38,235 bases of DNA from an uncultured bacterium (GCA_964610145.1 CAZSVD010000334.1:1-38235), one strand, 5' to 3'; positions 18,689 through 28,120 are shown, numbered from the stretch's first letter. Notes: generated by a model from the letters alone, not told the origin. Made by a program: numbers and translations.

Positions 18689-19898
18689 CAAACCCAAAAG
18701 CATTTTTCACGGACTATCCTCCAACGTCGTTGTCTTTGGATTTGTCAGCTTCTTCACCGATGTTTCCGCGGAAATGATTTATCCGCTGTTGCCTGTTTTT
18801 TTAACGCAAGATTTAGGCGCAAGCGCTCTGTTTTTAGGACTCATTGAGGGGGTGGCGGAATCCACCTGCGCTTTTCTTAAGCTCTATTCGGGAATCCGCG
18901 CCGACCGAATGAAAGACCGCAGCAAGCTTGTTCTTTTTGGTTACACCTTGTCTTCCTTTTCAAGACCTCTCATGGCGCTCGCGCAAAGCTCCTGGGTCGT
19001 ACTTGCGATTCGCGCTGCGGACAGGACGGGAAAAGGCCTTCGAACATCGCCGCGTGATGCCTTGCTTGCAGACTCAACACACTCCGATCATCACGGCAGG
19101 GCATTTGGTTTCCAACGCTCGATGGATAACGCAGGTTCCGTTGTGGGTCCGATCATTTCCGCGTGCCTACTCGCTTATTTCATCAAAGAACTCCGGATTA
19201 TTTTCTGGCTTGCCGCGATTCCGGGAATTATCGCAGTAATGCTCATTATCTTTAAAGTCCGTGAAGTCAGACACCCTTCACTTCCGCCCGCTACGATCAC
19301 AAAGTTTTCCTGGGTTTTCCCGAAAGGCAAACTCGGAAACTACCTGATCATTCTCTTTATTTTTACGCTCAGCAATTCATCCGATGCTTTTTTGCTTTTG
19401 CATGCGCAAGCCTGCGGAATTCCGACAGCGCAAATCCCCATTCTCTGGATGGCTTTGCACGTGGTGAAAACATCCACCATTATGCCGCTTGGCATCCTTT
19501 CCGACCGGCTTGGCCGCCGCAAATTAATTCTCGTTGGTTGGATTATTTATGCCGCGGTTTATGTTCTTTTTGGTTATGCCAACTCCGCCTCTCAAATTTG
19601 GTTGATTTTCATCCTCTACGGTCTTTTTTCGGGGCTCACCGAAGGGACAGAGCGCTCTTTTTTGGCGCGTATTTCAAACGAAACAAACCGCGGCTATGCG
19701 TTTGGCTGGTATAACTTTATCGTCGGAATGGCAGCGTTACCGGCAAGTTTAATTTTTGGCGCCATTTGGAAATACGGAAATTCCCAACTCGCTTTTTTAT
19801 GCGATGCCGGCCTGGCTCTGATTGCCGCGCTCATGCTGGCAACTTTCATCCGGCGTACTCACTTCAAACGAGGCAAACCGTCTCCCGCTGTGCTATGA
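18666..19898 (+). CDS. MFS transporter
   Basis: 410 aa, about 12 TM segments, with the MFS loop motif (..DRLGRRK..). The TTG start is uncertain and overlaps the end of the deaminase gene. Confidence 0.75.
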   Translation: MNLKNSTDKPKSIFHGLSSNVVVFGFVSFFTDVSAEMIYPLLPVFLTQDLGASALFLGLIEGVAESTCAFLKLYSGIRADRMKDRSKLVLFGYTLSSFSRPLMALAQSSWVVLAIRAADRTGKGLRTSPRDALLADSTHSDHHGRAFGFQRSMDNAGSVVGPIISACLLAYFIKELRIIFWLAAIPGIIAVMLIIFKVREVRHPSLPPATITKFSWVFPKGKLGNYLIILFIFTLSNSSDAFLLLHAQACGIPTAQIPILWMALHVVKTSTIMPLGILSDRLGRRKLILVGWIIYAAVYVLFGYANSASQIWLIFILYGLFSGLTEGTERSFLARISNETNRGYAFGWYNFIVGMAALPASLIFGAIWKYGNSQLAFLCDAGLALIAALMLATFIRRTHFKRGKPSPAVL

Positions 19899-19936
19899 TT
19901 CGTTTGTTCCCATAACTTATTGCGAGCGCTCTTTTT

Positions 19937-21604
19937 ATGAATAAAAATATTTTCCGGATCGGTTTATTCTGTGTTGCCGCGGTTTTTCTTTTCTTTTGTC
20001 TGATCGATCAAATTCCGCTTTGGTCATCGGATGAAGGCCGTTTTGCTGAAATCGCGCGCGCGATGCATGCAACCGGTGACTGGGTCGTGCCTTACTTCAA
20101 CGGGCTGCCATATCTTGAAAAACCGGCACTGGCTCCGTGGATGACGGCTTTTTCATTTTCTTTGTTCGGAATCAATGCTGCTTCGGCGCGTCTCCCCGGA
20201 ATTTTGAGTGCTTTAGGATGTTTGCTTGTGACCTTTCTTTTTACCCGCCGTCTTTTCGGTATTCGCGCCGCAGCACTTTCATCCTTATGCTTAATGACTT
20301 CCGCGGGATTTGTCTTGGTCGGACGCTTCGCCGTCATCGACATGGAAATGATTTTTCTATTAAGCACCGCGTTATTCTTTGTTATGACAGCAGTCTTTGA
20401 GCAAAAACCTGTGCATTATTTATATGCATCCTGTTTTATGGGGCTGACCTTTCTCGCGAAAGGGCTCATTGGGGCAGCTTTACCTGTGCTTGTTTTCCTG
20501 GCTTTTATGGCCTGGACAAATCACTGGAAGGAATTAAAGAGATCCCATTTTTGGTTCGGTATTTTCATTTTCGCTGCCATCACTATTCCCTGGATGCTCG
20601 CCATCTTGAAACGCCAGCCCGAATTTTTGAACGTTTTTATTTTTGAACATCACTTCAAAAGGTTTACCTCCGGAACTTTTGGCCGCAAAAGACCTTTTTG
20701 GTTTTTTACATATATTTTGCCGCTCGTTTCCATTCCCTGGTCACTGTTTTTGCCGGCCGCGATCAAAAATGCCTTTGGAGAGGCCAAAGACTTTAAGAAT
20801 AAAATGATTTTTCTGATTTGCTGGCTCGCCGTTATTTTTATTTTCTTCAGCATTCCCCGCTCCAAACTTCCTTACTATATTGTACCGGTGACTGTTCCAA
20901 TCGCAGTGCTTGTTGGCGCTTTTTTGGCAAAATGGAGTCTTCGCGAAACCATCGCAATTTCTCAGAGCTGGATTGCCGGAAGCTGGAAAATAATCAGTAT
21001 CGTTTGCGTCATCGCGGCCGCAGGGCTCAATATCAGCCTGCTTTTTGCGAATCATGTCCCGGCATTAAAAATGCTGCGTCCGCTCATTCCGGTCGGAGCT
21101 GTTTTCTTGGGTATCGGGGGCATTGAGGCTTTTTATTTTTTCAAAAAAGACCGCAGGCTGGCAGCCATTATCGCTTTGGCCGCTTCCATTTATTGCGCGC
21201 TCTTGGTTGTCATTTTTTGCATGGTGCGCCTCAGCCCCATGCAAAGCACTTACGATATTGCTGCCATTATTAAAGAAAATTCTGCGGCAACGGATATCGT
21301 TTCTGTTTACGGATCACCTGACCGGTATTCTGATTTGCCTTTTTATCTTGGAAGACGGATTATGATTGTCGGCAGTGACCGCGGCACACTGACGCGCGAA
21401 AGCGAACAAGCTGATAACGCACCCATAACAACAGGGTGGTTTTCAGGCCTTGATGAAATCGTGCGTCAAATTCAAACCGAAAAAACGAAACGTGTTTTTT
21501 GTTTAATGGAAAAAGACCGGCTGGATGAACTCAAAGATCGGGGACTAAAAGATTTTCGCGTCTGGATGGATAGTCACGGACGTATTTTAATTTCGAATCA
21601 CTAA
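19937..21604 (+). CDS. GT-C glycosyltransferase, ArnT/PMT_2 (GT39/GT83) family
   Basis: 555 aa and polytopic. The N-terminal signature is SSDEGRFAEIARAMHATGDWVVPYFNGLPYLEKPAL, with the DE catalytic motif in loop 1. Confidence 0.85.
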   Translation: MNKNIFRIGLFCVAAVFLFFCLIDQIPLWSSDEGRFAEIARAMHATGDWVVPYFNGLPYLEKPALAPWMTAFSFSLFGINAASARLPGILSALGCLLVTFLFTRRLFGIRAAALSSLCLMTSAGFVLVGRFAVIDMEMIFLLSTALFFVMTAVFEQKPVHYLYASCFMGLTFLAKGLIGAALPVLVFLAFMAWTNHWKELKRSHFWFGIFIFAAITIPWMLAILKRQPEFLNVFIFEHHFKRFTSGTFGRKRPFWFFTYILPLVSIPWSLFLPAAIKNAFGEAKDFKNKMIFLICWLAVIFIFFSIPRSKLPYYIVPVTVPIAVLVGAFLAKWSLRETIAISQSWIAGSWKIISIVCVIAAAGLNISLLFANHVPALKMLRPLIPVGAVFLGIGGIEAFYFFKKDRRLAAIIALAASIYCALLVVIFCMVRLSPMQSTYDIAAIIKENSAATDIVSVYGSPDRYSDLPFYLGRRIMIVGSDRGTLTRESEQADNAPITTGWFSGLDEIVRQIQTEKTKRVFCLMEKDRLDELKDRGLKDFRVWMDSHGRILISNH

Positions 21605-21614
21605 TAGAAAAGCC

Positions 21615-22790
21615 ATGAATTACCCCCGCTGTATTCTTAAGAAAGGCAAAGAAAAGCCTGTTCTCGGTTTTCATCCGTGGATTTTTTCGGGTGCGATTGA
21701 TTCGGTTGAAGAAGGGCTTAACGCCGGTGATATCGTGCGGGTTGAATCCGCCGCAGGAGATTTTCTCGGACTGGGCTATTTCAACGCGGCTTCACAAATC
21801 ACGGTGCGCATGCTGACTTTTGAGGAAAAACAAATTACCGCTGATTTCTTCGCGCAAAAAATCAAGGCTGCTTTTGATTTGCGCAAACATTATGTTTTAA
21901 ATTCCAAAACCAATGCCTGCCGCCTTATCAACTCGGACGGTGATTTTTTGCCCGGTCTTGTTGTGGATCTTTATCATGACGTTTTAGTCGTGCAGTTTCT
22001 GACGGCAGGAATGGAAAAACAAAAAGAAATAATTGTTCCGCTCCTGGAAAAGGATTTTTCTTTACGCGCAATTTATGAAAAGGGCGAGCTCAAAGAACGC
22101 GAGCTTGAAGGACTTAAAAAGGAAAATCAAACTCTAGCGGGAGAATTGCCCGCCGAAACCGAAATCCTTGAAAACGGACTCCGATTTCGAATCAGCTGGT
22201 TTGCGACTCAAAAGACAGGCTTTTTTCTTGATCAACGTGAAAACCGAAGTCTTATCCGCAGCATCGCCTCAAAGAAAAAAGTGCTCGATTGTTTTTGCTA
22301 TAACGGCGGATTTTCAGTCGCCGCAGCGGTCGGCGGCGCAAAAGAAATCATGTCCGTGGATATTTCGGCCCCCGCAGTCGGGGCCGCGGAGCAAAACATG
22401 CGGATCAATTCTCCCCAAACTCCGCACTTCATCGAACAAAGAGACGTTTTTGATTTTTTACGGGAGGATGTATTTCAACCGGACCTGATTATTTTGGATC
22501 CGCCGGCATTTTGTAAAAATAAGAACCAAATTCAGCAGGCAGCGAGAGGATATAAGGATATTAATCTAGCGGCCTTGAAAAAAATTCTTCCCGGAGGATT
22601 GCTTTATACTGCCTCCTGCTCTTCTTTCATAACGCCCGATCTTTTTCAAAAAATTATTTTTGGCGCCGCCAAAGACGCGAAACGCGCGGTCAAAATTTTA
22701 GCTCACACCGGCCATGCCCCCGATCACCCCGTTTCGATCTATCATCCCGAAGGTGCTTATCTCAAAGGCTTGCTCCTGCAAGTCTCTTAA
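21615..22790 (+). CDS. rlmI: Class I SAM-dependent 23S rRNA m5C methyltransferase, RlmI-like (PUA + MTase)
   Basis: 391 aa. It has an N-terminal PUA-like domain (..HPWIFSGAI..) and the motifs QKTGFFLDQRENR and ILDPPAF. Confidence 0.85.
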   Translation: MNYPRCILKKGKEKPVLGFHPWIFSGAIDSVEEGLNAGDIVRVESAAGDFLGLGYFNAASQITVRMLTFEEKQITADFFAQKIKAAFDLRKHYVLNSKTNACRLINSDGDFLPGLVVDLYHDVLVVQFLTAGMEKQKEIIVPLLEKDFSLRAIYEKGELKERELEGLKKENQTLAGELPAETEILENGLRFRISWFATQKTGFFLDQRENRSLIRSIASKKKVLDCFCYNGGFSVAAAVGGAKEIMSVDISAPAVGAAEQNMRINSPQTPHFIEQRDVFDFLREDVFQPDLIILDPPAFCKNKNQIQQAARGYKDINLAALKKILPGGLLYTASCSSFITPDLFQKIIFGAAKDAKRAVKILAHTGHAPDHPVSIYHPEGAYLKGLLLQVS

Positions 22791-22794
22791 AAGT

Positions 22795-22826
22795 AAAAAA
22801 GGCGGAACCTAAGTTCCGCCTTTTTT
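22795..22826. terminator. Bidirectional rho-independent terminator shared by rlmI and dps
   Basis: ggcggaac-ctaa-gttccgcc is flanked by A6 upstream and T6 downstream. Confidence 0.85.
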
Positions 22827-22839
22827 ATTTTTTAAGCAA

Positions 22840-23310
22840 TCAGCTGATTAAACTACGCAACATCCAAGCTGTTTTTTCATGAATCTGCATGCGCTGCGTC
22901 AAAAGATCTGCGGTGGGCTCATCATTCACACGTTCCACTGCCGGAAAAACCGAGCGGGCCGTACGAACAACCGCTTCCTGTCCCGCAACGAGCTCACGGA
23001 TCATATCTTCAGCCTTGGTTGCTCCCGGGGCCGCTTCCTGAATGGATGCCAGCTTTGCGAAATCACGGTAACTGCCCGGCGCCGGAAAACCAAGCGCGCG
23101 GATACGTTCCGCGATCAAGTCCACCGCAAGCGCAAGCTCGGTATATTGACCTTCAAACATCAAATGCAAAGTTTGAAACATCGGCCCCGTCACATTCCAA
23201 TGATAATTATGCGTTTTGAGATAGAGCGTATAACTGTCCGCCAAAAGCCGCGAAAGCCCGTCGGCAATTTCCTTTCGTTCCGCTTCCGGAATTCCGATAT
23301 CAATCTTCAT
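22840..23310 (-). CDS. dps: Dps (DNA-binding ferritin-like protein)
   Basis: 156 aa with typical Dps sequence (..[26 protein letters not shown]..). SD aggagg lies 5 nt upstream. Confidence 0.95.
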   Translation of the reverse strand: MKIDIGIPEAERKEIADGLSRLLADSYTLYLKTHNYHWNVTGPMFQTLHLMFEGQYTELALAVDLIAERIRALGFPAPGSYRDFAKLASIQEAAPGATKAEDMIRELVAGQEAVVRTARSVFPAVERVNDEPTADLLTQRMQIHEKTAWMLRSLIS

Positions 23311-23323
23311 AAGATCCTCCTGT

Positions 23324-23338
23324 TTATAATAATTCCAG
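23324..23338. promoter_or_regulatory. Possible PerR/Fur-type box in the dps promoter
   Basis: TTATAATAATTCCAG matches 12 of 15 positions (counting the N position) of the TTATAATNATTATAA consensus as I recall it. It overlaps the likely dps -10 region. Confidence 0.25.
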
Positions 23339-23420
23339 AGGTATTTTCTATTGCCCGAACCCGAATGTCCAGGGTTAGGTTTCCCCCGCGAGAGAGCTTG
23401 ATTCTAACGCCAACCCCCTT

Positions 23421-23426
23421 TATGAT
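23421..23426 (+). promoter_or_regulatory. -10 box TATGAT 8 nt upstream of the TerC ATG
   Basis: tatgat ttcgcaat ATG(23435), with no SD. Confidence 0.4.
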
Positions 23427-23434
23427 TTCGCAAT

Positions 23435-24358
23435 ATGAATTGGCATCAGCTTATCCCCTGGATAATTTTTAACGGCGCGGTTATTGCGTTACTCTGGATT
23501 GACCTTTCACTTTTGCGAAAGCAATCGCATGAAATTAAAATCCGGGAAGCTTTGCTTCAAACGCTTTTCTGGGTTTCACTCGCGGTGGCTTTCGGTATTG
23601 GTGTTTACTTTGTCAGAGGCAAACAACTTTCACTTGAGTTTTTTACCGGATATCTTCTCGAAGAATCTTTAAGCATCGACAACTTATTTGTCTTCATTCT
23701 GGTCTTTGACTATTTTCACATTCCCGCAAGGCTTTATCACAAAGTTCTTTTCTGGGGAATTTTGGGCGCACTGGTTATGCGCGCGATCTTCATTCTTTCG
23801 GGACTTTGGCTGATTAATCAATTTCACTTTCTGATTTACCTTTTCGGCGGCTTTCTGGTTTATACCGGCATCAAGCTCGCGTTTGAAAGCGAGAACGACC
23901 TGAACCCCGAACAAAATCCCGTCTTAAAATTAATTCGCAAAGTATTTCCAGTAACTCAAAACGTTGAAGACGAGCGTTTCTTAGTCACGCTGAACGGAAA
24001 ACTTCATCTAACCCCTATTTTTGTCACTTTAATCTTCATCAACGTGATTGACCTCGTTTTTGCGATGGATTCCATTCCGGCGGTTTTATCCGTCAGCCGC
24101 GACCCTTTTATTGTGTACACCTCGAACATTTTCGCGATTCTGGGGTTACGAGCCCTTTTCTTCGCGATTTCCGGACTCATGAAAATGTTCGAATACTTAA
24201 ACTACGGTCTTGCCGCAGTTTTAATTTTTATAGGCATCAAAATGCTCGCCGCGGATTATTTTCACATTCCGATCGGAATTTCATTGGGCGTGGTTGCGGG
24301 ACTTTTGGGAATTTCGATTCTCATCTCGATTTTTCATAAATCTTCAGAAGAAAAATAA
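23435..24358 (+). CDS. TerC family integral membrane protein (Alx-like)
   Basis: 307 aa, about 9 TM segments, with TerC motifs (..EESLSIDNLFVF.. ..DLVFAMDSIPAV..). Confidence 0.9.
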   Translation: MNWHQLIPWIIFNGAVIALLWIDLSLLRKQSHEIKIREALLQTLFWVSLAVAFGIGVYFVRGKQLSLEFFTGYLLEESLSIDNLFVFILVFDYFHIPARLYHKVLFWGILGALVMRAIFILSGLWLINQFHFLIYLFGGFLVYTGIKLAFESENDLNPEQNPVLKLIRKVFPVTQNVEDERFLVTLNGKLHLTPIFVTLIFINVIDLVFAMDSIPAVLSVSRDPFIVYTSNIFAILGLRALFFAISGLMKMFEYLNYGLAAVLIFIGIKMLAADYFHIPIGISLGVVAGLLGISILISIFHKSSEEK

Positions 24359-24425
24359 ATTTCAGAGCATACAAATATTAGATTGAGTTTGAAAAGAGTC
24401 ATCTCGTTGGCTCAAACAGTCCTCG

Positions 24426-24460
24426 CTTCGCCCTTCGCCCTTCGCCCTTCGCCCTTCGCC
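24426..24460. repeat. Heptanucleotide tandem repeat (CTTCGCC) x5
   Basis: Five perfect head-to-tail copies were counted directly. They lie in a non-coding gap between convergent genes. Confidence 0.95.
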
Positions 24461-24849
24461 AGGCTCACGACTTCGCTGCGGAACTCGCCGATCGCAATAA
24501 CTCTTTTTCAAACTTTCTTCGCTTTTGGGGGGGCAGGCTAGAAGCGGAGAAACAATGCTAACGAATTCCACGTCTATCGAAATGCAAAATCTTTCCTTTT
24601 CATTTTACAACTCTGTTTCTGCTAAGTAGTTTCCCGCCACATCTTTTTCTATCGCGGCTAAGCAGCGACAGAAAAAAGCATGGCAGAAAACTTGTTGGGA
24701 AATGCGTGATTATTTTGTAACAATTACAATAAAGAGACTTCGCTGCAAGTCATTTGGAGCAAGCTGTTTTTTGAATTCAAACCTCTTCCTTCCCTGCTCG
24801 TTTACGAAGAACTCTTTACTCTGGGTCCAAGTCCTATTTTCCGGCAGAG

Positions 24850-26214
24850 CTATTCTTGTTCCTGAGCCGTCGGTGTGACCTGAATTCCAAGCACGCTGAA
24901 AAAAAGTTCCCGACTTGAAACCTTTTGCACATTGACTCTCACTTCATTAAAGCGGTTGATCGGCAGAGCGTAGAAAAAAAGCCTTAATGTTCCCGAAACC
25001 AAAAATAAGCTCATCATTGTATAACCATGAAAAGGCGGAAGTTTGGTCGCGAGAAATCCGCCTAAAGAGGCTCCCAAAAAAAGCGCTGTTCCGTTGATCA
25101 AATTAAAATAACTGAGACAGCGCACGCGTTTTTCAGGCCGAACGCTGTCTAAAATAAAATTCGAGGAACACAAATTGTATCCCCCCCAGATAAATCCCCC
25201 CATAAGCTGCACCACGAGCAAATAACACCAATTCGTTGAAATACACCAAAGCAGAGGAACCAAAGGAATCAGCCCTCCGGTTAATTTAAGCACATGCGCG
25301 TTACCGGCTTTATCGGCAACCCGTCCCCAAAAAGGCGATCCCGCCAAGACCGCAAAAACAACAACAAAATAAATGGAGATGTATTGGAAATAATTAAATT
25401 TCAAATCCTGCAACATGTACACTCCAAAAAAAGGCGCCGAAATTTGCGTTGCAAAAGTAATTCCGGCTGAAAACAAAACAAAGCGCACAAAGTTGCTTTG
25501 ACGAAAACGGCGGATAAACATCCAAAACGTAAAACGGCTTTCGGGTTTTTCTTCGAAAGGTAAATCCTCCATGTAACGAAAAAGATACGAAGAAATTAAG
25601 CGGGCGACTCCGGTCAGAAAAAAAAGCACGCCAAAACCAAGCGTTGCCGAATAAGGCTTCACCCAATCCAGAAAAAGCCCGGCCACAGCCAACGCAACCA
25701 TAGCGGCAAGCCCTGTAATCAATTGACGGTCACCCATGTATTTACCGCGATCATGCGGTTCAAGATAATCGCTCATCAAACTGCCCCAAGCCGCGGCAAT
25801 CCAATTGCCGACGATTCCAAAAAGAATGGTGAGCAATGTCAGAATCACAATGGGAACAACTCCTTTCCAAAAGCAAAGTCCGGAAGCGGCGATCAACAAA
25901 AAACCCTGGAGACGGGTTGTCTTAATCAAAAATTGCAACCGGCTTTTGGCGTGTCGTACACGCTCCGCCGCGAAGAGCTGAAAAAAAGAACCGAGCAAGC
26001 TTGGCCAGGCAACCAGCATTCCGATCGCGGCATGCGGCGCACCGAGAAACAACGCATACGGAGTCAAATAAAACTCCGTAATGGTAATCATAATATTGCC
26101 GGGAATGCCTTCTTTCCATGAAGCATCCAGACTCTTACGATGTTTTTGCGGCATCCAGATTTTCAGCAACTTCATGCTCTGAGCCTTCGGCTCAACCGCG
26201 ATAAAACGCGGCAT
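24850..26214 (-). CDS. MFS transporter
   Basis: 454 aa, about 12 TM segments. The start codon is uncertain. Confidence 0.7.
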   Translation of the reverse strand: MPRFIAVEPKAQSMKLLKIWMPQKHRKSLDASWKEGIPGNIMITITEFYLTPYALFLGAPHAAIGMLVAWPSLLGSFFQLFAAERVRHAKSRLQFLIKTTRLQGFLLIAASGLCFWKGVVPIVILTLLTILFGIVGNWIAAAWGSLMSDYLEPHDRGKYMGDRQLITGLAAMVALAVAGLFLDWVKPYSATLGFGVLFFLTGVARLISSYLFRYMEDLPFEEKPESRFTFWMFIRRFRQSNFVRFVLFSAGITFATQISAPFFGVYMLQDLKFNYFQYISIYFVVVFAVLAGSPFWGRVADKAGNAHVLKLTGGLIPLVPLLWCISTNWCYLLVVQLMGGFIWGGYNLCSSNFILDSVRPEKRVRCLSYFNLINGTALFLGASLGGFLATKLPPFHGYTMMSLFLVSGTLRLFFYALPINRFNEVRVNVQKVSSRELFFSVLGIQVTPTAQEQE

Positions 26215-26223
26215 CTGCCTTAA

Positions 26224-26257
26224 ATAAAAAAAGGGCGGTGTTTAGCACACCGCCCTT
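26224..26257 (-). terminator. Rho-independent terminator of mscL
   Basis: The minus strand reads aagggcggtgt-gctaa-acaccgccctt followed by T8. Confidence 0.85.
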
Positions 26258-26271
26258 GAAATTAAAAACGC

Positions 26272-26697
26272 TTACTTTCTTTTTAACAAATCACGAATTT
26301 CTTCGAGAAGAACTTCGTTGCGCGGGGGCGCAGCGGGCGCGGGTGCCGGAGCCGCGGCTTCTTTTTTCTTGGTCGCGTTCATACCCTTGATCACCATGAA
26401 AAGACAAAAAGCAACGATCACAAAGTTAATGATGGTATTAATAAAAACACCATAATTTAAAGTTGCGGCACCTGCTTTCTGCGCCTCAACAAGCGTGGGA
26501 TAACCCTTTCCGCTCAAATCAACAAAAAGGCCGCTAAAATCCACGTTACCCAGCAATCTTCCGATAGGGGGCATCATCACATCGTTTACGAGCGATGTTA
26601 CGATTTTTCCGAACGCACCGCCGATGATCACGCCGACCGCCATATCCACAACATTGCCCTTCATGGCAAAGTCTTTAAATTCCTGCAAAACCTTCAT
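26272..26697 (-). CDS. mscL: Large-conductance mechanosensitive channel
   Basis: 141 aa. [27 protein letters not shown] is the canonical MscL N-terminus/TM1. Confidence 0.95.
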   Translation of the reverse strand: MKVLQEFKDFAMKGNVVDMAVGVIIGGAFGKIVTSLVNDVMMPPIGRLLGNVDFSGLFVDLSGKGYPTLVEAQKAGAATLNYGVFINTIINFVIVAFCLFMVIKGMNATKKKEAAAPAPAPAAPPRNEVLLEEIRDLLKRK

Positions 26698-26779
26698 GTT
26701 GATGATCCCCTTTTTTGTTTATGCCTACGCTGAATACCAGCAACAGCATAGACGCCTCTAGGTTCTGAAATATTCGATA

Positions 26780-27397
26780 TTAAGCGTTTTGAGCGACTTC
26801 TTTGACTTCGAAAAGACTTGCACCTTTATAGCCAGGACGACGCTTCAAGCGATCCCAGTAAATGCGCAATTTGGGCGAAACTCCAACCTTGTCCGTCAAA
26901 CCAAGAGCTTCCACCGTCGCTAACCCGGCCATCACTGTGCAATCCGCCAAAGAAAATTTTCCGGCGATAAATTCCTGATTTCCCAAATAAGTTTCCACAC
27001 GCTTCACAGCCTGCGTAACACCGGCAATTAATTCCGCGGAAATCTCTTCGCCTTTTCTCTTGGCGATAAAACATTTGATTACAGCTTTATAAAAGTGAAG
27101 ATCGCAATAAGCTACGATAGTGCGGACACGCGCGCGTTCGATCGAAGCTTCCGGCAAAAGAGCGGGTTCGGGATATTCATCATTCAAATATTCAATGATG
27201 GAAGTTGATTCATAAACCACTTCGCCGTCATCGGTAAGCGTCGGAGTTTCTCCGTTTGGATTCAGCTTCAAATACTCTGCCTTGGCGAGATCTTCCCAAG
27301 CAACATTTTTGATCGTGTAATCCAAATTTTTTTCATCAAGAACCGCCAAAACCTTACGGGCATAAATGGATGGTGCTGCATAATAAAGTTCAATCAT
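26780..27397 (-). CDS. Glutathione S-transferase family protein
   Basis: 205 aa. It has a thioredoxin-like N-domain (..NPNGETPTL.. ..ESTSIIEYL..) and a helical C-domain. SD aggagg is present. Confidence 0.85.
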   Translation of the reverse strand: MIELYYAAPSIYARKVLAVLDEKNLDYTIKNVAWEDLAKAEYLKLNPNGETPTLTDDGEVVYESTSIIEYLNDEYPEPALLPEASIERARVRTIVAYCDLHFYKAVIKCFIAKRKGEEISAELIAGVTQAVKRVETYLGNQEFIAGKFSLADCTVMAGLATVEALGLTDKVGVSPKLRIYWDRLKRRPGYKGASLFEVKEVAQNA

Positions 27398-27493
27398 ATC
27401 GTCCTCCTGTTAAGCATAAAAACGTAATTCCCTCAAAACGGGGAGCGATATCTTACCTGCGGAAAATCTAAAAGTAAACTGATGAAATCTCTC

Positions 27494-28120
27494 TTAGAGA
27501 GAGGATAAAAAGCCGGAAGCGGTAAGGCCGTTTAAGATAAATTGAACGGCTATGGCGGAGAGCAAAAGCCCCATAAGACGGGTAAAAATATTTTGAACAA
27601 TCACATTCATTCCCGAAGCCTTTATCGAAACCACGTAGAAAATAATGAAGGTTGTCAGGGAAACCGCAAAAATGCACCCCAAAAGAGTCGCAGCGCCACC
27701 CCACCCCGAAACCTTGCTGGATAAGATCATGACCGTGGTAATGGCTCCCGGACCCGCGAGCATCGGAATCGCAAGCGGTGTTACGGCAATATCGTCTTTA
27801 TCCATACCCGCGTCCTGTTCCGCGCGTGTTTGACGCACGGAAGTCATTCGGGCGTTAAGCATGTCCATCGCGATGAAAAAAAGCAAAATTCCACCCGCAA
27901 TTTCAAAGGCCGGCAACGTCACGGAAAGCTGCCTCAAAATAAGCCGCCCAAAGAAGGCAAAAACCGCTAAAACAAGAAACGTAAGTGATGATGCCAAAAT
28001 GGAAATATGAATACGTTCCTGAGCTGTCTTTCCCGGAGTAATCGCCAAAAAGGCAGGAATGAGCCCAATCGGATCCACAATCGCCATTAATGATGAAAAA
28101 CAAAGTATCGCGAAATCCAT
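27494..28120 (-). CDS. MarC family (UPF0056) membrane protein
   Basis: 208 aa, 6 TM segments, with a typical MarC sequence (..MAIVDPIGLIPAFL.. ..PLAIPMLAGPGAITT..). Confidence 0.9.
   Translation of the reverse strand: MDFAILCFSSLMAIVDPIGLIPAFLAITPGKTAQERIHISILASSLTFLVLAVFAFFGRLILRQLSVTLPAFEIAGGILLFFIAMDMLNARMTSVRQTRAEQDAGMDKDDIAVTPLAIPMLAGPGAITTVMILSSKVSGWGGAATLLGCIFAVSLTTFIIFYVVSIKASGMNVIVQNIFTRLMGLLLSAIAVQFILNGLTASGFLSSL

Noticed and set aside
23311-23434. yybP-ykoY manganese riboswitch upstream of terC
   Set aside because: There is no GGGGAGUAG / UUGACAUA / AGCAAGACC-like block, and the -10 box sits 8 nt from the ATG, leaving no leader.
24362-24571. 69-aa minus-strand ORF in the TerC/MFS gap
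   Set aside because: It reads straight through the heptad repeat (GEGRRAKGEGR), has no SD and no recognisable domain, and is best explained as an artefact of the repeat.
24527-24629. tmRNA-like tag region (GCTAACGAA...)
   Set aside because: The encoded peptide does not end in the hydrophobic ..LAA type tag, and no tRNA-like acceptor/T-arm sequence (GGTTCGAATCC-type) exists nearby.
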